Assembly (NCBI RefSeq): GCF_020745735.1
Contig: NC_083407.1
Coordinates: forward strand, 106,630,748-106,694,747
Length of the DNA: 64,000 nt
Direction: 5' to 3'
Origin: Hemiscyllium ocellatum
Lineage: Eukaryota
A program made the position numbers and the translations under genes. The notes under the pieces were generated by a model. It did not search any database. It worked only from the letters and a program-made list of their open reading frames with translations, and was not told the DNA's origin. Position 1 is the first letter of the stretch; every line of letters begins with the position of its first letter. This document shows positions 39,089 through 51,720 of the stretch, piece by piece.

Positions 39089-39415
39089 AGTTAAAAATCA
39101 CAACACCAGGTGATAGTCCAACAATTTTAAAGTATAAGTTTTCAGAGCACTGCTCCTTCGTCAGGTCACTAGAGGGGCAGGAACCAGCCTGACTCAAGGT
39201 TGGTATACAGACAGACTCTAACTTCACACCTTTAATGCATTCTCTGAGCTGAGATGTCATTTTTTATGAAACCTTAAGTTAACTTGGGAATGTGACTTGA
39301 AGAAAGTTTTAGGATAGACATATTAATGAATCAAAACCTGCACCCCAATTTTAAGTGATGAACTTAACAGCAATCTAGGTTTGTTCAATTCATTGCATAA
39401 GTTGTATGACATTTT
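39089..39415 (-). mobile_element. Family C PLE 3' end / pLTR fragment
   Basis: Reverse complement ends TGTTGGACTATCACCTGGTGTTGTGATTTTTAACT like 53933-53969, and contains CTGACGA-a-GGAGC-agt-GCTCT-GAAA (39140-39164). Confidence 0.75.
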
Positions 39416-40899
39416 GATTTCACAAGTCTCTTGCTGCATTATAGAAAATGGAGCAACATTACACAGCATAGGGACCAGTGAATTTGGCTATGGAAGGGAA
39501 AAGTCTAAGGAAACACATCCAGCTTTATTCACCACTTGAACAGCAATTTTGTGACCAACAATGTGACAGCCAAGGACAAAGCACAGCACACAACTGCAGG
39601 AAGGGCAAATCAACAATCTATAGGAGATCCTACAGTCAGCATTTTCAAATTCCTGAAACATACAATAGGTGAGGTGGGGATAAGACAGAATGAAAGGGAA
39701 CTGGAATGGAAGGGACAAAGGATAAGGAAAGGGCAGGTAATATTGAATGAATGACAACATGAAGAGAGAGAGAAAAAAAATTGTTCAGGAAGAACTGTTA
39801 AGAGAATTGAAAAGGGAAAGAATGGGCCCAAAGTATTTTAATAAATAAAGGGAAAGGATATGCTTTTAAGTTTGGGATTCGGGCTGGATTGGATTTTATT
39901 TCACAAAATGGCATTCCTTCAATTACTCAAATAGGTTCCATTTGCTGATAGGTAAGAGCAGTGAAATTTCTGAAATTAACTGAATGATTAAAAGCCTAAC
40001 ACTAAAAAATTTTTTAAAAACTGAAGTATACAGGTGACCAGAAAAAAAAATTGTCAACTCAGCAGACTTATGTTCAAATAAAAAAAATGACAGCCATATT
40101 TATAGTGTGTTTTGACAACATTCAGCTGCCCCTCTGCATTTCCAGCCTTCTAATTTAGTAGTTTTTGCACTACTGCTACTGTTGTATGACATTTAGCAGC
40201 CAATTTGTGAAAGCAAGCTCCCATAAAAAAACGAAGCTAATGACCAGATAGTTGTCAGAGGTGTTGTTGAAGGGGTAAAGAGAACTTCCATGCTCCTCTT
40301 CAAATCTTGGCATGGGGGCCTTTTATATTTACGTCAGAGGACAGATGGGTCTGGCATTAAAGTTTCTATCAAATAAATGGTCATGGCAATGCAGCACCCA
40401 CAGCAGAAGATTGCATGCTTAAGTCTCTCATGGAGGACCTGAGCCCAAAACTTTCCATGAAAGAGGCAACTGTACAATCCAGGAAGCCAGAGTCAACATC
40501 CTGAATAGCATATAAAGGAGAACCAAAGGAGAGAGAGCCAGATGTCTGCTTTTGGCTTCACAGCTCGAAAAGAAAGTTATCCAAAAAAATGAAGAAATAG
40601 TCTGTACATTCGTAACAGCTTTCATCTCGTCAAATGTCACACTATGTCAAACAAGCTTTGGAAGAAAATAAATGGACACAGGAGGTGAAAATTTACGACA
40701 AAATGTGTGGTTTAAGTAGAAGGCTTGGCAAAGTTCGTCAAGGAAAAACAATAGAAAGGCAAAGTGATTTATAGAAGGGAATTTCAGAGATGAGAACTGA
40801 TGTGACAGGAGGCATGACTGTCTTTGATGGAATGAACAAAACTGGGGCTGCTCAGAGGCCAAAACTGGAGGAATGCATATCTTTCACACAATCTTAAAA

Positions 40900-41280
40900 G
40901 ATCAAACAGAAACGGATTTAATACTGCCTTTCAGGACCACCAGATGTCTCAAAAGTTCTTTCCAGTCAATTAAGCGTTTAGCGCAGGACCTGTGGCAGCC
41001 AATTTGCATGCAGCAAGCTCCCACAAACAGTAATGTATTAATGGCCAAATAATTTGTTTCTGTGGGACTGATCAAGGGATAAACATATGCCAGATTTTGT
41101 ATACCCATCTAACAGGGGAAGGAGGATCTCAATATTATTTAACATAACTTAACAAAACATCACCGATTGCAACACTCCTTCAGGAATGTATTGCAATGTC
41201 TGCCTTAATTTTGTGCTCATGTCTTACAATGGGACACAAGCCCAAAATTTGCTGACCTGAGAGCTTCAACTCAGCTTTAG
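40900..41280 (-). mobile_element. Deu-domain (SacSINE1-like) SINE
   Basis: gcagccaatttgcatgcagcaagctcccacaaacagtaatgta...agggataaacatatgccag recurs in decayed form at 23690-23950, 33760-34030, 40190-40500 and 61870-62240. The family name is from memory. Confidence 0.6.
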
Positions 41281-42639
41281 ATAGCACCTAATTCAGAGGT
41301 CAGGATATGCAAGGTCAGGAGGATTTGAAGTTAAGCACCAGAAAGCATTTAAAAATCAAGGTGTTCTCAAATTGGGAGCCATCATATACTGAAGAATGGG
41401 TCTTGTTGCATGTTAGTATATGGGCAGCAGTCTTAGATGAGCTAACATTTACGAAAATGAGAGATGGAAGTATACTTCTGAAATAAAAACACATGGTTTG
41501 AGAAACTCAGCAGATCTGGTACAATCTATGAAGAGAGAAACAGCTTTTTGATTCTTATAAGCTCTGAAGAAGAGTCCTTCATGCACACATATCTATCATG
41601 GTTCCTTGATTTTTGCAGACTTATGACTTTGCTGAATTTTTGCAACCTGCCTTTCTAATTGGCTACTTTGTTGTGCCAAGTTCTTTGAGGATTGTTTTCC
41701 TGCAAGTGGCCTGTGGGAAATAAACGCTTAAGATGTAGGAGCAGAAGTAGACCATTCAGCCCATCGAGGCTGGACCACCATTCATTAAGATCATGGCAGC
41801 CTTTCCTCCATCAACCTCAATTCTCTTACTGATTAAAAAGTTTATCACAGCCTTAAATGTACTTAATAAGCCAGCCTAAATAGGCCTCTATGGTAAAGAA
41901 CTCCACAGATTCACTGTCCCCAGAAGAATTCCTCCTCGTCGGTGTTTCAAATATGCAACCACTTATTCCGAGAGTATGCTTTCTGGTTTGAGGTGCTTTC
42001 ACAAGGGAAACAACCTCTCAGCATCCACCCTGTCAAGTCCTTGAAGAATTTTGTCTATTTCAAGAAGGTTGTGGCTTTTTGATATTCAAGTAGTTACAGG
42101 CCCAATATACTCAGCCTCTCATAAGATAGTCCATGGAATGACAGCCAACTGCAGACATGCTAACTATCGATCAAGCTGTATGACGAATGGGAAAGTGCTG
42201 CCAAAAAGCTGGAATCCAATAAAGCCACAAAAAAAAGTGGCTGCCATTTGTCACAAATTCTCTAAACCTGAAATGAGTATATGGAGTGAGTACTAACACT
42301 ACTGTGTCAACCAACAAATTGATGACTGAGCAAGACTCATTGGAAATGGCAAAGAAAACAGAAGTCGCTGGAAAGGCTCAGCAGGTCTGGCAGTCTCTGT
42401 GAAGATGCTGTCATACCTGCTGAGCTTTTCCAGCAACTTCTGTTCTCGTTTCCTATTTACAGTATCGGTTCTTCTGGCTTTTATCATCGGAAAAGGAGTC
42501 TATTTACTCAGCAAATTAAGTCTATTTAAGTTGTTTCAACAAAATTTAGCAAATAGAACTCCTATCCAAACCTATAACAAAGTCTTCTTATAAATCAAGG
42601 ATTATTTTCCAGCAAATTGTGAGTGTCAGTGCGTCCCAG

Positions 42640-42795
42640 ACCAATCTCAGTTATCCGAACATCAATTATTTGAACAAGATCTCAAGATCCCGTAAATGCT
42701 TCCTTTGTTTGGATAACTGATCTGATCGTAAACAATCAGTTATCTGAACAAAATACTCCCACCTTTCTCATTCGGATAATCCAGGTTGTTCTGTA
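42640..42795. mobile_element. Possible Tc1/pogo-type MITE remnant
   Basis: Internal inverted repeats gttatccgaac / ttcggataa and terminus ...ggttgttctg-TA. Confidence 0.4.
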
Positions 42796-43759
42796 TACAC
42801 AACTTCAAGCCTCAAGCTATGTGTACTGATTGAGTACTGACAGGGGAATTTACGCATCAGCTTCATTCCGGCAGGGATAAGTAGCGTCACTGTATACAAC
42901 CACACTTACAGTATCAACAGGAAGCCATATCCTTATTCGCTCTTAAATAAAAACAAAGTGCAGAACACTCAGGTCCAATTGGGTGTTATGGGATTTGAAA
43001 TGCCAACTCTATTATTGTCTCCACAGATGTTGCCAGACCGACACAGTTGTGCAGCAATTCATTTCTTTCTCAAATGTCCAGCATCCACAGTATTTTGCTT
43101 TCATTTACTTGATTCTATATTCTCCTGATTCTGTTCTCAGAGTGTCTGCGTGTAAAAAGGTAATGATGCAGAACATATTCTGGATCTTATGCCAATATCT
43201 AATACCATTGTCTCTCATTTTCTTCAACTGGAAAATCTGGACATCTCCAGCTGCTCTGTGTTTTCTCAGTTTGTGCGTAAGAAAATTGGAATGGGGTAGG
43301 CCATTCGGCCCTTTGTGCTTTGTCTATTCAATTAGATCACAGCTTACCTGCAATTCAACTGCAACTACAATTTCAGTCTTTATTGCTTAAGTCTCTTTGC
43401 TGACAAAAATCTGACATTTTCACTCTTGAAAGCTAATCAGCTTTGCACCCCCAGCCTGTTCACTAAGAAAATTCCTGATTTTTACTTCCCTTTGTGCAAC
43501 ACAATGTCTGGTTCTAATGATAAAATACATAAAAAGCAATGTAGAAGACTAAACTCCTCCATTCTAATTCCATCACAAGAGGATGTCATTTCTATTTATT
43601 CCATTGAATCATTTCAATATCCGACAACAGTTCAAACCTGCTGCACCGCCTCCCCAAATTTCCTAAACCCCAATACATTGTGCAATCATTCCTCAGTTTA
43701 ATTTTCAAGCACCAATTCCATTCTGGTGAATTGAAGACCAATAGATCCTTATTACACAG

Positions 43760-44310
43760 ATAGGCGGCCGTGACTGACAAATCATAGAGAATACTTTTAG
43801 GAGGTAACAAGCAAGTAAGACAAAGGAAAGCCAGTAGATAGGATTCATTTGGATTTCCAGAAGGCCTTTCACAAGATGCTGCACAGGACGCTGCTAAATG
43901 AGATAAGAGCACAAGGCATTTGGGACAAGGTACAGGCAATGACAGAGGAAGGAGGGAAAAAGAGTGCTCAGAATGGCACTCAGTATTAGCGGAATTTTTA
44001 TTCCATTAAAACTAACAAAATAGGATCCAAGGGCACAGCCTCAGAGTTAAACCATGGCCCTTTAGAACTGAGATGAGGAAGAATTTCTTCAGCCATAGGG
44101 TGGTGAATCTGAATAACTGACTGTTAGAGAAGGCGGTGGAAGCCAAGTCAATGAGTGCATTTACGACAGAGATAGATTGATTAGCTAGGGGATCAATGGT
44201 TAGAGGGAGAAGCTAGAAGATTGGGGTTGAGAAATATATCAGCTATGATTGAATAACAGAGCAAACATGAGTTAAATAGCTAATTCTGCTCCTACATCTT
44301 ACCTTACTGT
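43760..44310 (+). mobile_element. CR1-clade LINE fragments
   Basis: YFLGGNKQV..G...HLDFQKAFHKMLHRTLLNEIRAQG remnant, followed by a CR1 3' UTR. Confidence 0.75.
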
Positions 44311-46039
44311 TTAATGTCTAAACTGAAAACAGCACTCCAAATGGGAGCCAACCAAACCTCTGTACAATTTACATGACTTCCTCTCCTTCATAATTCAACT
44401 TCAAACAAAAGCCAACAATTACATCAGCCTCTCGGTTATGTTGGAAAACTCTTCTAAATCTAATGAGTTATAACTTGTGAATTCCAAATATCTTTGCTCC
44501 TATGCAATTCCTAAGTTATTCAATTTGTCTTGTAGTGAGTCCAGTGTGGACTATCAAAGTTTAACTTCAGGCATGGGCTTTACCAAGTTCTTTGCTATTT
44601 CATATCACAGGAGTTTCATAAACACAGCTGCTAAGATGGAATTCTCTTTTGCTTAGGGATTGCTTGGAGTCTGTGTATATTTTGAACAAAACATTCCTTG
44701 AGTATTCAATGCATGCATTACTGATTCTAGCTCAACTGTGGTCAAGTTTGCCACACACACCTTGCAGTATTCTCGTCAACAGTTTCAATGTTGGATGCAC
44801 AACCAGAGTTACAAAAGCAACCTGGTGTAGAAGATCATGTCACCCAACAAGATGTTTAAAAAGATGGAAGATAACGCTGACGCAACTTGCAAGGTTTGGT
44901 TCATGAGTAATGATGGAAAAGCAAAGGCCCTCCAGGCAGTCTCTCACAATCACTTGCATGTGCATTTAAATGAACATGTTCCACATGCCAGCCAAAAACC
45001 ATATATGATTCCCCATACAAATTAGAAATCCAGATATTATCAGTCAAATGCGGGGAGAGCAATCTTAGGAATTCCTCTCCAGCTCCCCACAGCAATCAAA
45101 ACTTAGCCAGGACATCTTCCTGGATTTGATTGCTTCCAGAAATTAGTCACTATGGGAAGAAGTGATCTCCACCAGGTTATCACCTGCAAGCTTGCATGTG
45201 GTCCTGTAGCCATCCTCGAGGGAAAGGCCACACTCTGGCATCTAATCTAGGTCTAACCTCCCAATTCAAAGCAGTGATCCCTCATCTTCTCTAATCTACT
45301 GTTTAGGAACAAGGTGTCAAAAGGAACACAATTCTCCCTTTCAATATCTTATAAACCTTGATCAGAACATACAGTACACTCAAACAATTCAAAGCAAAGT
45401 TAGCAGGAAACAGACACTGTTGAGGGGGAAAAGAAATCACCCGAGATGGAGTTGATGGGAGCAAGCCTAGACAGCTCTGTATTCTTCCTGAATCATGAAT
45501 ATAAAAAATCCCATTTGTTTTACAAGGTGCTCCAGTGTAACAGCAATTAATACCACAATATTGGAGGAAGACTTTTCCTTTCCCAAATCACCAATGAATA
45601 CACTGACAGGTAACAAAACCATGCATTAAAATGTGAAACAGCACAAATTGGAGAAGAAAACTCCAGAATCATGTTTTTTACAGAACAACTTTCCAGTCAG
45701 CCATTCAAACTCATTCTTCTCTTCAATTATATAATGGCTGATTTGTATTTGCTTAATCTCCTTAACACCATATCAATTCTCATCTTGCTTAACAAAGAAG
45801 GAAGGCATCTCAGTTTTGAAACTTTCTGTTGACACTTGCCCTCAGTGTCTTTTCTAGAAAGTTCTAGATTTTCACTGATACATGTGTGAAGTGCTTCCTG
45901 ACAAAATCCCTGAATGGCCTTGTTTGAATCTTCAAGTTATGCCACTTTTATTGGATTCCCTCAGAGAAAACCAATTCCCTTTGGCTCAGTAACTCCTTTG
46001 ATCACAAGAAACACCTGAATTAGATCACCATGTAACCTT

Positions 46040-46108
46040 AAGAAACGTCGAATTCTCTATTCCTGAGATGCTGCCTGACCTGCTGTGCTTTGACCAGCAA
46101 CACATTTG
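46040..46108 (+). mobile_element. 69-bp tail-less family B PLE pLTR fragment
   Basis: GAAACGTCGAATTCTCTATTCCTGAGATGCTGCCTGACCTGCTGTGCTTTGACCAGCAACACATTTG matches the family B arm. Perfect 14-bp TSD CACCATGTAACCTT at 46026-46039 and 46109-46122. Confidence 0.85.
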
Positions 46109-47026
46109 CACCATGTAACCTTCTATATTTTACTACAATCATGTTTACTGAACATTTATTTTACAAACACTCCACTCCAGTGCATAAGCATGAGGACCTC
46201 GGAGCCCTAGGAACTTGTAAAGACATCCCGGAGTGTTGAAATGAAACTAATTTTTCTCAGTCTGGACAAGCTTCTGTACTTTTTTGTCTAATAAATAAAT
46301 AACCTGTTGTTTCTACCACTGAATATGCACGAAGAACAAAAATGTACATTTATGTAGTAGCACTGACACCAAGACAAAGATAACAAGTAATTAAGATCAA
46401 AGTGGGCTTGCAGACCGGGGATGGGGACACAGAGACCAGGGCGGGGGCGCAACACGGTGGGGGGGGGCGACATAGAGAGACAGGGAGGCACAGAGAGGAG
46501 GGGAGAGCGCGCGCGCGGGGGGAGGTGGGGTGGAGAAAAATGGTAATTGAAGCCTCTGAAAGACTTTCAAAAATAAAAAGTTTTAAAATATAAGTCACAA
46601 ATGTGGAACAACATAGCAGCTATTCCAAGTCAACAAAGCATAAAGAACAGTAGCGAAGACTGTTCATCAGCTATCTGCATTTATGCACGTTAGGTACAAT
46701 GGCCAAAACATCAGGTTAATGTCCCAGTTTTCTTGCATATATATATAAAATGAATTCAATGATGTATTGTTGCATCCAAAGTCGGCACTAGCCAGGATGC
46801 AACACTCCTTGAGTATAATACTGTAGCATCAGCCGAGATTGAGCTCAAACCCGAGAACTGAAACCGCAAATTCCAAACTCAAATAAGTTTCTCCAACTGG
46901 ATCAAGTTTGTATACAAATAGTCCTTCCCCCCAAATCTTTCAAGCAATATTATAATTGATTTATCTTTCAACCAATTGTTCAGAAATATTGTAGTGGTTC
47001 TGTTCGCCGAGCTGGAAGTTTTTGTT

Positions 47027-47066
47027 GCAAACGTTTCGTCCCCTGGCTAGGAGACATCATCAGTGC
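47027..47066 (-). ncRNA. Minimal hammerhead ribozyme motif (inverted copy, sense to INO80D pre-mRNA)
   Basis: Exact reverse complement of 48270-48309. Confidence 0.82.
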
Positions 47067-48269
47067 TGTGGAGCCTCCTGCGAAGCGCTTCTTTGATGTT
47101 TCTTCCGGTATTTATAGTGGTCTGTCCTTGCCGCTTCCGGGTGTCAGTTTCAGCTGTCCGCTGTAGTGGTTGGTATATTGGGTCCAGGTCGATGTGTTTG
47201 TTGATGGAGTTTGTGGATGAATGCCATGCCTCTAGGAATTCCCTGGCTGTTCTCTGTCTGGCTTGCCCTATGATAGTAGTGTTTTCCCAGTCGAATTCAC
47301 GTTGCTTGTTGTCGGAGTGTGTGGCTACTAGGGATAGCTGGTCGTGTCGTTTCGTGGCTAGTTGGTGTTCATGGATGCAGATTGTTAGCTGTCTTCCTGT
47401 TTGTCCTATATAGTGTTTTGTGCAGTCCTTGCATGGTATTTTATAAACTACATTAGTTTTGCTCATGTTGGATATTGGCTCCTTTGTTCTAATAAGTTGT
47501 TGTCGGAGCGTGGCTGTTGGTTTGTGTGCCGTTATGAGTCCTAAGGGTCGCAGTAGTCTGGCTGTCAGTTCTGAAATGCTCTTGATGTATGGTAGTGTGG
47601 CTAGTCCTTTTGGTTGTGGCATGTCCTCGTTCCTTGTATAGGTATTCGCCAAAAACGGATACCCGCGCAACTTTATCAACAAATGCCTAAGGGATAGACC
47701 ACGGAACGAGGTCATGCCACAACCAAAAGGACTAGCCACACTACCATACATCAGGAGCGTTTCAGAACTGACAGCCAGACTACTGCGACCCTTAGGACTC
47801 ATAACGGCACACAAACCAACAGCCACGCTCAGACAACAACTTACTAGAACAAAGGAGCCAATACCCAACATGAGCAAAACTAATGTAGTTTATAAAATAC
47901 CATGCAAGGACTGCACAAAACACTATATAGGACAAACAGGAAGACAGCTAACAATCCGCATACATGAACACCAACTAGCCACGAAACGACACGACCAGCT
48001 ATCCCTAGTAGCCACACACTCAGACAACAAGCAACGTGAATTCGACTGGGAAAACACTACTATCATAGGGCAAGCCAGACAGAGAACAGCCAGGGAATTC
48101 CTAGAGGCATGGCATTCATCCACAAACTCCATCAACAAACACATCGACCTGGACCCAATATACCAACCACTACAGCGGACAGCTGAAACTGACACCCGGA
48201 AGCGGCAAGGACAGACCACTATAAATACCGGAAGAAACATCAAAGAAGCGCTTCGCAGGAGGCTCCACA

Positions 48270-48309
48270 GCACTGATGATGTCTCCTAGCCAGGGGACGA
48301 AACGTTTGC
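48270..48309 (+). ncRNA. Minimal type I hammerhead ribozyme motif in PLE pLTR
   Basis: gca-CTGATGA-t-GTCTCCT-agcc-AGGGGAC-GAAA-CGTT-tgc: intact core, 7-bp stem II, palindromic ACGT stem III, 3-bp stem I. Confidence 0.82.
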
Positions 48310-50089
48310 AACAAAAACTTCCAGCTCGGCGAACAGAACCACTACAACAAGCACCCGAGCTACAAATCTTCGCACAAACTTTGTTCAGAAATATCCTAGA
48401 AGTGAGTTGGAATGGTAAAACTTCAACATACAACGTGGGGCAAGGGCTAATTTTTTAAAAAATGCCCAGTCAATTTGTAATTAATCTTAATCATAGCTTA
48501 TGTTTATATACACCCAAAAATCATGTATAGACACCCATCTCAGAATATAAGTGTTTTTGTTGCAAAGTTTAACCAGTTGACCTTTCTATTAGACGGAAAT
48601 ATTTTCTGCCCATATCCTTGTTACCTTGCTCCTCTAAAACACGGAATAGATGAACCCTCACAAAACATAGTTAATTTCAGCTTCACTGAGCGGTGCCATT
48701 TCAGGACACTATTGGTGGCTGTGGCATGCAACACAGAAAGATTCCTGTAAGCCCAATGAACGTATGCCAGTTCAAAACACCTAACTATTCTAATCCAATT
48801 CTCAGCACCTGTCTCATAAGCTTTTGCGCCTTAGCATTTGCAAGTGTGCATCTTAAATGTACAATTGAAGAGTGCTTCGACCATGTTCAACTGAAGCTAG
48901 CTGGTCAGACTGTCACAGGAATTATTCAGGAACCACTCAAAAAGCCATCTATACCCTGACCCAAGTACATTAAACACCATGAGGCAGATCATGCCTGACA
49001 GGAACAGCTATCCCTCAGACTGGCTTTGAAGGTGATTGAGTGTACTCCTGACATTATGCCACCTTTCTCAAAATATTGCACAACAGGCAACTCCCACAGA
49101 CATGGGCTTTCTAGTTAAGAATGGCAAAGGAAGGAAAGAAATTTAAATAGAGGACCTTCATGACAGTTTAAAAATAGAATCACTGAAACTCATGCACAAT
49201 GCATTTAGACAGGGTTTGGGTGGTCTAATGCAAACTGAACTAACAAAAAGACTTTTATACGACTAAAAGGCAGCCTACAATGCTAGTATGAGCTCAGGCA
49301 TTTGCCAGTCCCCGCTCAACACAGCATGCTCTATCCAAAATGCACTTAACATGCTTCCAAAACTCTGGTGTACATCTGAAAAAGTTGCATGAAGCAGTGA
49401 CAGGTCCACAGTTTGGGTGCCTGAGCTCAGGCAACTCAATATAAAGATATAATTCTTACTTGCTGATTTGCTCCTGTTGGAATTTTGTCAGTGGTGGGTT
49501 AACTTCAAAATCTGAATATGAAGATGTGTCACTATCCATGAATTGAAGTATGTGGGAACATTTTACTGAAAAATCTGTGTGGCCTGTGAAGCTCTGATGT
49601 ATATGTACATGATGCACAATGACAAAAATGATGTTCCTCATACCAAAGGGTAAACGTCCATTCGCCATCAATTGTGGCAAGTTTCACTAAAACCCTAAGG
49701 AACAACACAGCCATTCCCACTTCCCCACATTTTCTTCATAGTTGTGTAGATTTCTTCTGAGTGCTTTTCTAAAACCCATTTCGAAAGCCTCTATTGAATT
49801 TGTCTCCACCACTCACTGCATTAAAAAAAGCTTCTTTTGCCAATTAACTGAATTGCCCTCTGCTTCCTAAGTATACTGAAATTGCAAACAATTTCTCTAT
49901 TAGGTCTGCAGACACCTCTCATTTTTTATCATCTCCATCAAACCTCCTTTCAACTTTGTCTTTTCCAAGCAAGTCCAACCTTCTCCAATTTACCCCGGTA
50001 GCTTCTTCAAAGTCAGGCCTGTAAATCATTTCCAGATTCACTTTGAAGGCGTCACGTCATTCCCCAAGGTCAGTGTTCAGAATTGGACA

Positions 50090-50800
50090 CAATAGAACCA
50101 TCACCTCAGGACATTAAATGGTGTTACCATCACTGCATCTCCTGCTATCAACATCCTCAGGGTTAACGCTGATCAGAAACAACTGGAAAAACCATACAAA
50201 AGCACTAGCTACAAATGCCAGAGTTGCCGAAGAGACCAACGCGCCTCCCCAACTGCGCGAAGACTGTCTACCATTTAAAAAGGCACAAGTCAGGAGTGTG
50301 ATGGAATACTCTTCACTTTGTCTGGATGAGTGCAGATCCAACAACATTGAAAAAAACTTGATGCCCTCCAGGTAAAAACAACTTGTTTGATTGGCACATT
50401 AACAAATATCTAGCCCTTCTAGCACTGATGCTCAGTAGCAGCAGTACATACCACATACAACATGAACGGCAGAAATTCACCCAAGCTCCTTAGACGGCAG
50501 CTCCCAATGATCCATGACCATTTTCATTTAGGTCAAGGGCAGCAGATATATGGGAACAACATCACTTGCAAGTTGCCCTCCAAGCCAGTCACTATTCTCA
50601 AGAAATGGCAATATATTTCTCAGTCAGTGGAGCTGAGTCAAAATACTGGTACTCTCTCCCGCTCAGCAGTTTACCTACAGCACATGGACTGCAGCAGTTT
50701 TGAAGGCAGTTCACCACAGACTTCTCAAGGTTAATAAGGGACAAGCAATAAATGTTGGTCAGCCAGTAATACCCACATCCCATGACTGAATTAAAAAATG
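50090..50800 (+). mobile_element. CR1/L2-clade LINE 3' fragment
   Basis: FKKAQVRSVMEYSSLCL remnant (ORF 50118..50375) and tail ...caataaatgttggtcagccagtaatacccacatcccatgactgaattaaaaa. A similar piece lies at 28050-28290. Confidence 0.72.
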
Positions 50801-50819
50801 AAATAGAGGCAAAAATCAG

Positions 50820-51720
50820 TGATTTATCAAGGTTGCTAATGATTTCCTTGATTTTGTGTTCGATACTTCTATTTATTAAGCCCAGGATCTTATTTGCCTT
50901 TCTGTTTTCTCAACCTGCCCTGTTACCTTGCAACAAATCAGTGTACATATATTTCCAGTGTTCACTGTTCTAGCACCTCCTTTGCAATTGGACACTTCAC
51001 TTTGCACTTCCTCTCAATTTCTAACATCAAAATCTTCTCACTTCTCTGTATTAAATCCCACACGCTTGACTTTATTAGTCTACATGCTTTAGGAGTCTAC
51101 CACCATCCTCCTCACAGCTCATGACCCATTTGTATGAGGTCATCTGGAAATAATGTGATCATATCCTGAACAATGAAATCAATGTCATTAAAAAGGCTCA
51201 AGAAAAGCAACAATCAAAAAACCGACTGCTGGGATACACCTCCCCAAAAGAAGCATCTACTCAAAACTAGTTTGTATTTTCTGTCACGAAGCGAACTTCA
51301 TGTTCACTGTCCCTTTTATTCTGTGGATTTCAATTTTGTTGTTACCTGCATTATGCAGCACCTAATTGTCTTTTGGATGTTTCTTTTTGCATCAACCTTC
51401 CATTAGTTTAAGAAAAAGCCCAATCTTTACAGTTAAGCAGGATTTGCCTTCCATAGATGTGTGTTCACTGTTTACAATTTATCTGCACTTGTCCTATTGA
51501 CTTGGTTCCACATTATTTCTACAACGCCTCCACTGAGGCGAACCTAACAAGCTTGTAGTCGCTGGTTTTAAATTTTTCCATAGTAGCGTTTGCAGTTTTT
51601 CAATTCTTGGCACTAACTGGAAAATTATGGCCAAGAGCACCTTAACTTACATACTTACTTCCCCCAGCACCCTCAGATGTCTCCCATTCAGTCCTGGTGA
51701 CTGATTATTAAGTACAGCCA
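50820..51720 (-). mobile_element. Old CR1-clade LINE fragment
   Basis: Patchy similarity to minus-strand CR1 RT; similar debris at 55500-56080 and 57490-58730. Confidence 0.55.

Larger units (their letters stand above)
46990..48380 (+). mobile_element. 5'-truncated Penelope-like element (Poseidon-type) with 644-bp inverted duplication; GIY-YIG endonuclease coding region plus pseudo-LTR
   Basis: The plus arm reads VFAKNGYPRNFINKCL...LPYI...NVVYKIPCKDCTKHYIGQTGRQLTIRIHEH...REFLEAWHS..SINK (ORF 47714..48289). 46990-47633 is the reverse complement of 47703-48346. 14-bp TSD TTGTTCAGAAATAT at 46976-46989 and 48381-48394. Confidence 0.93.

Noticed and set aside
47047-47877. 276-aa minus-strand ORF as a novel fusion protein
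   Set aside because: Artefact of the inverted repeat: the N-terminal part is the antisense of the plus arm and the C-terminal part is the GIY-YIG arm.
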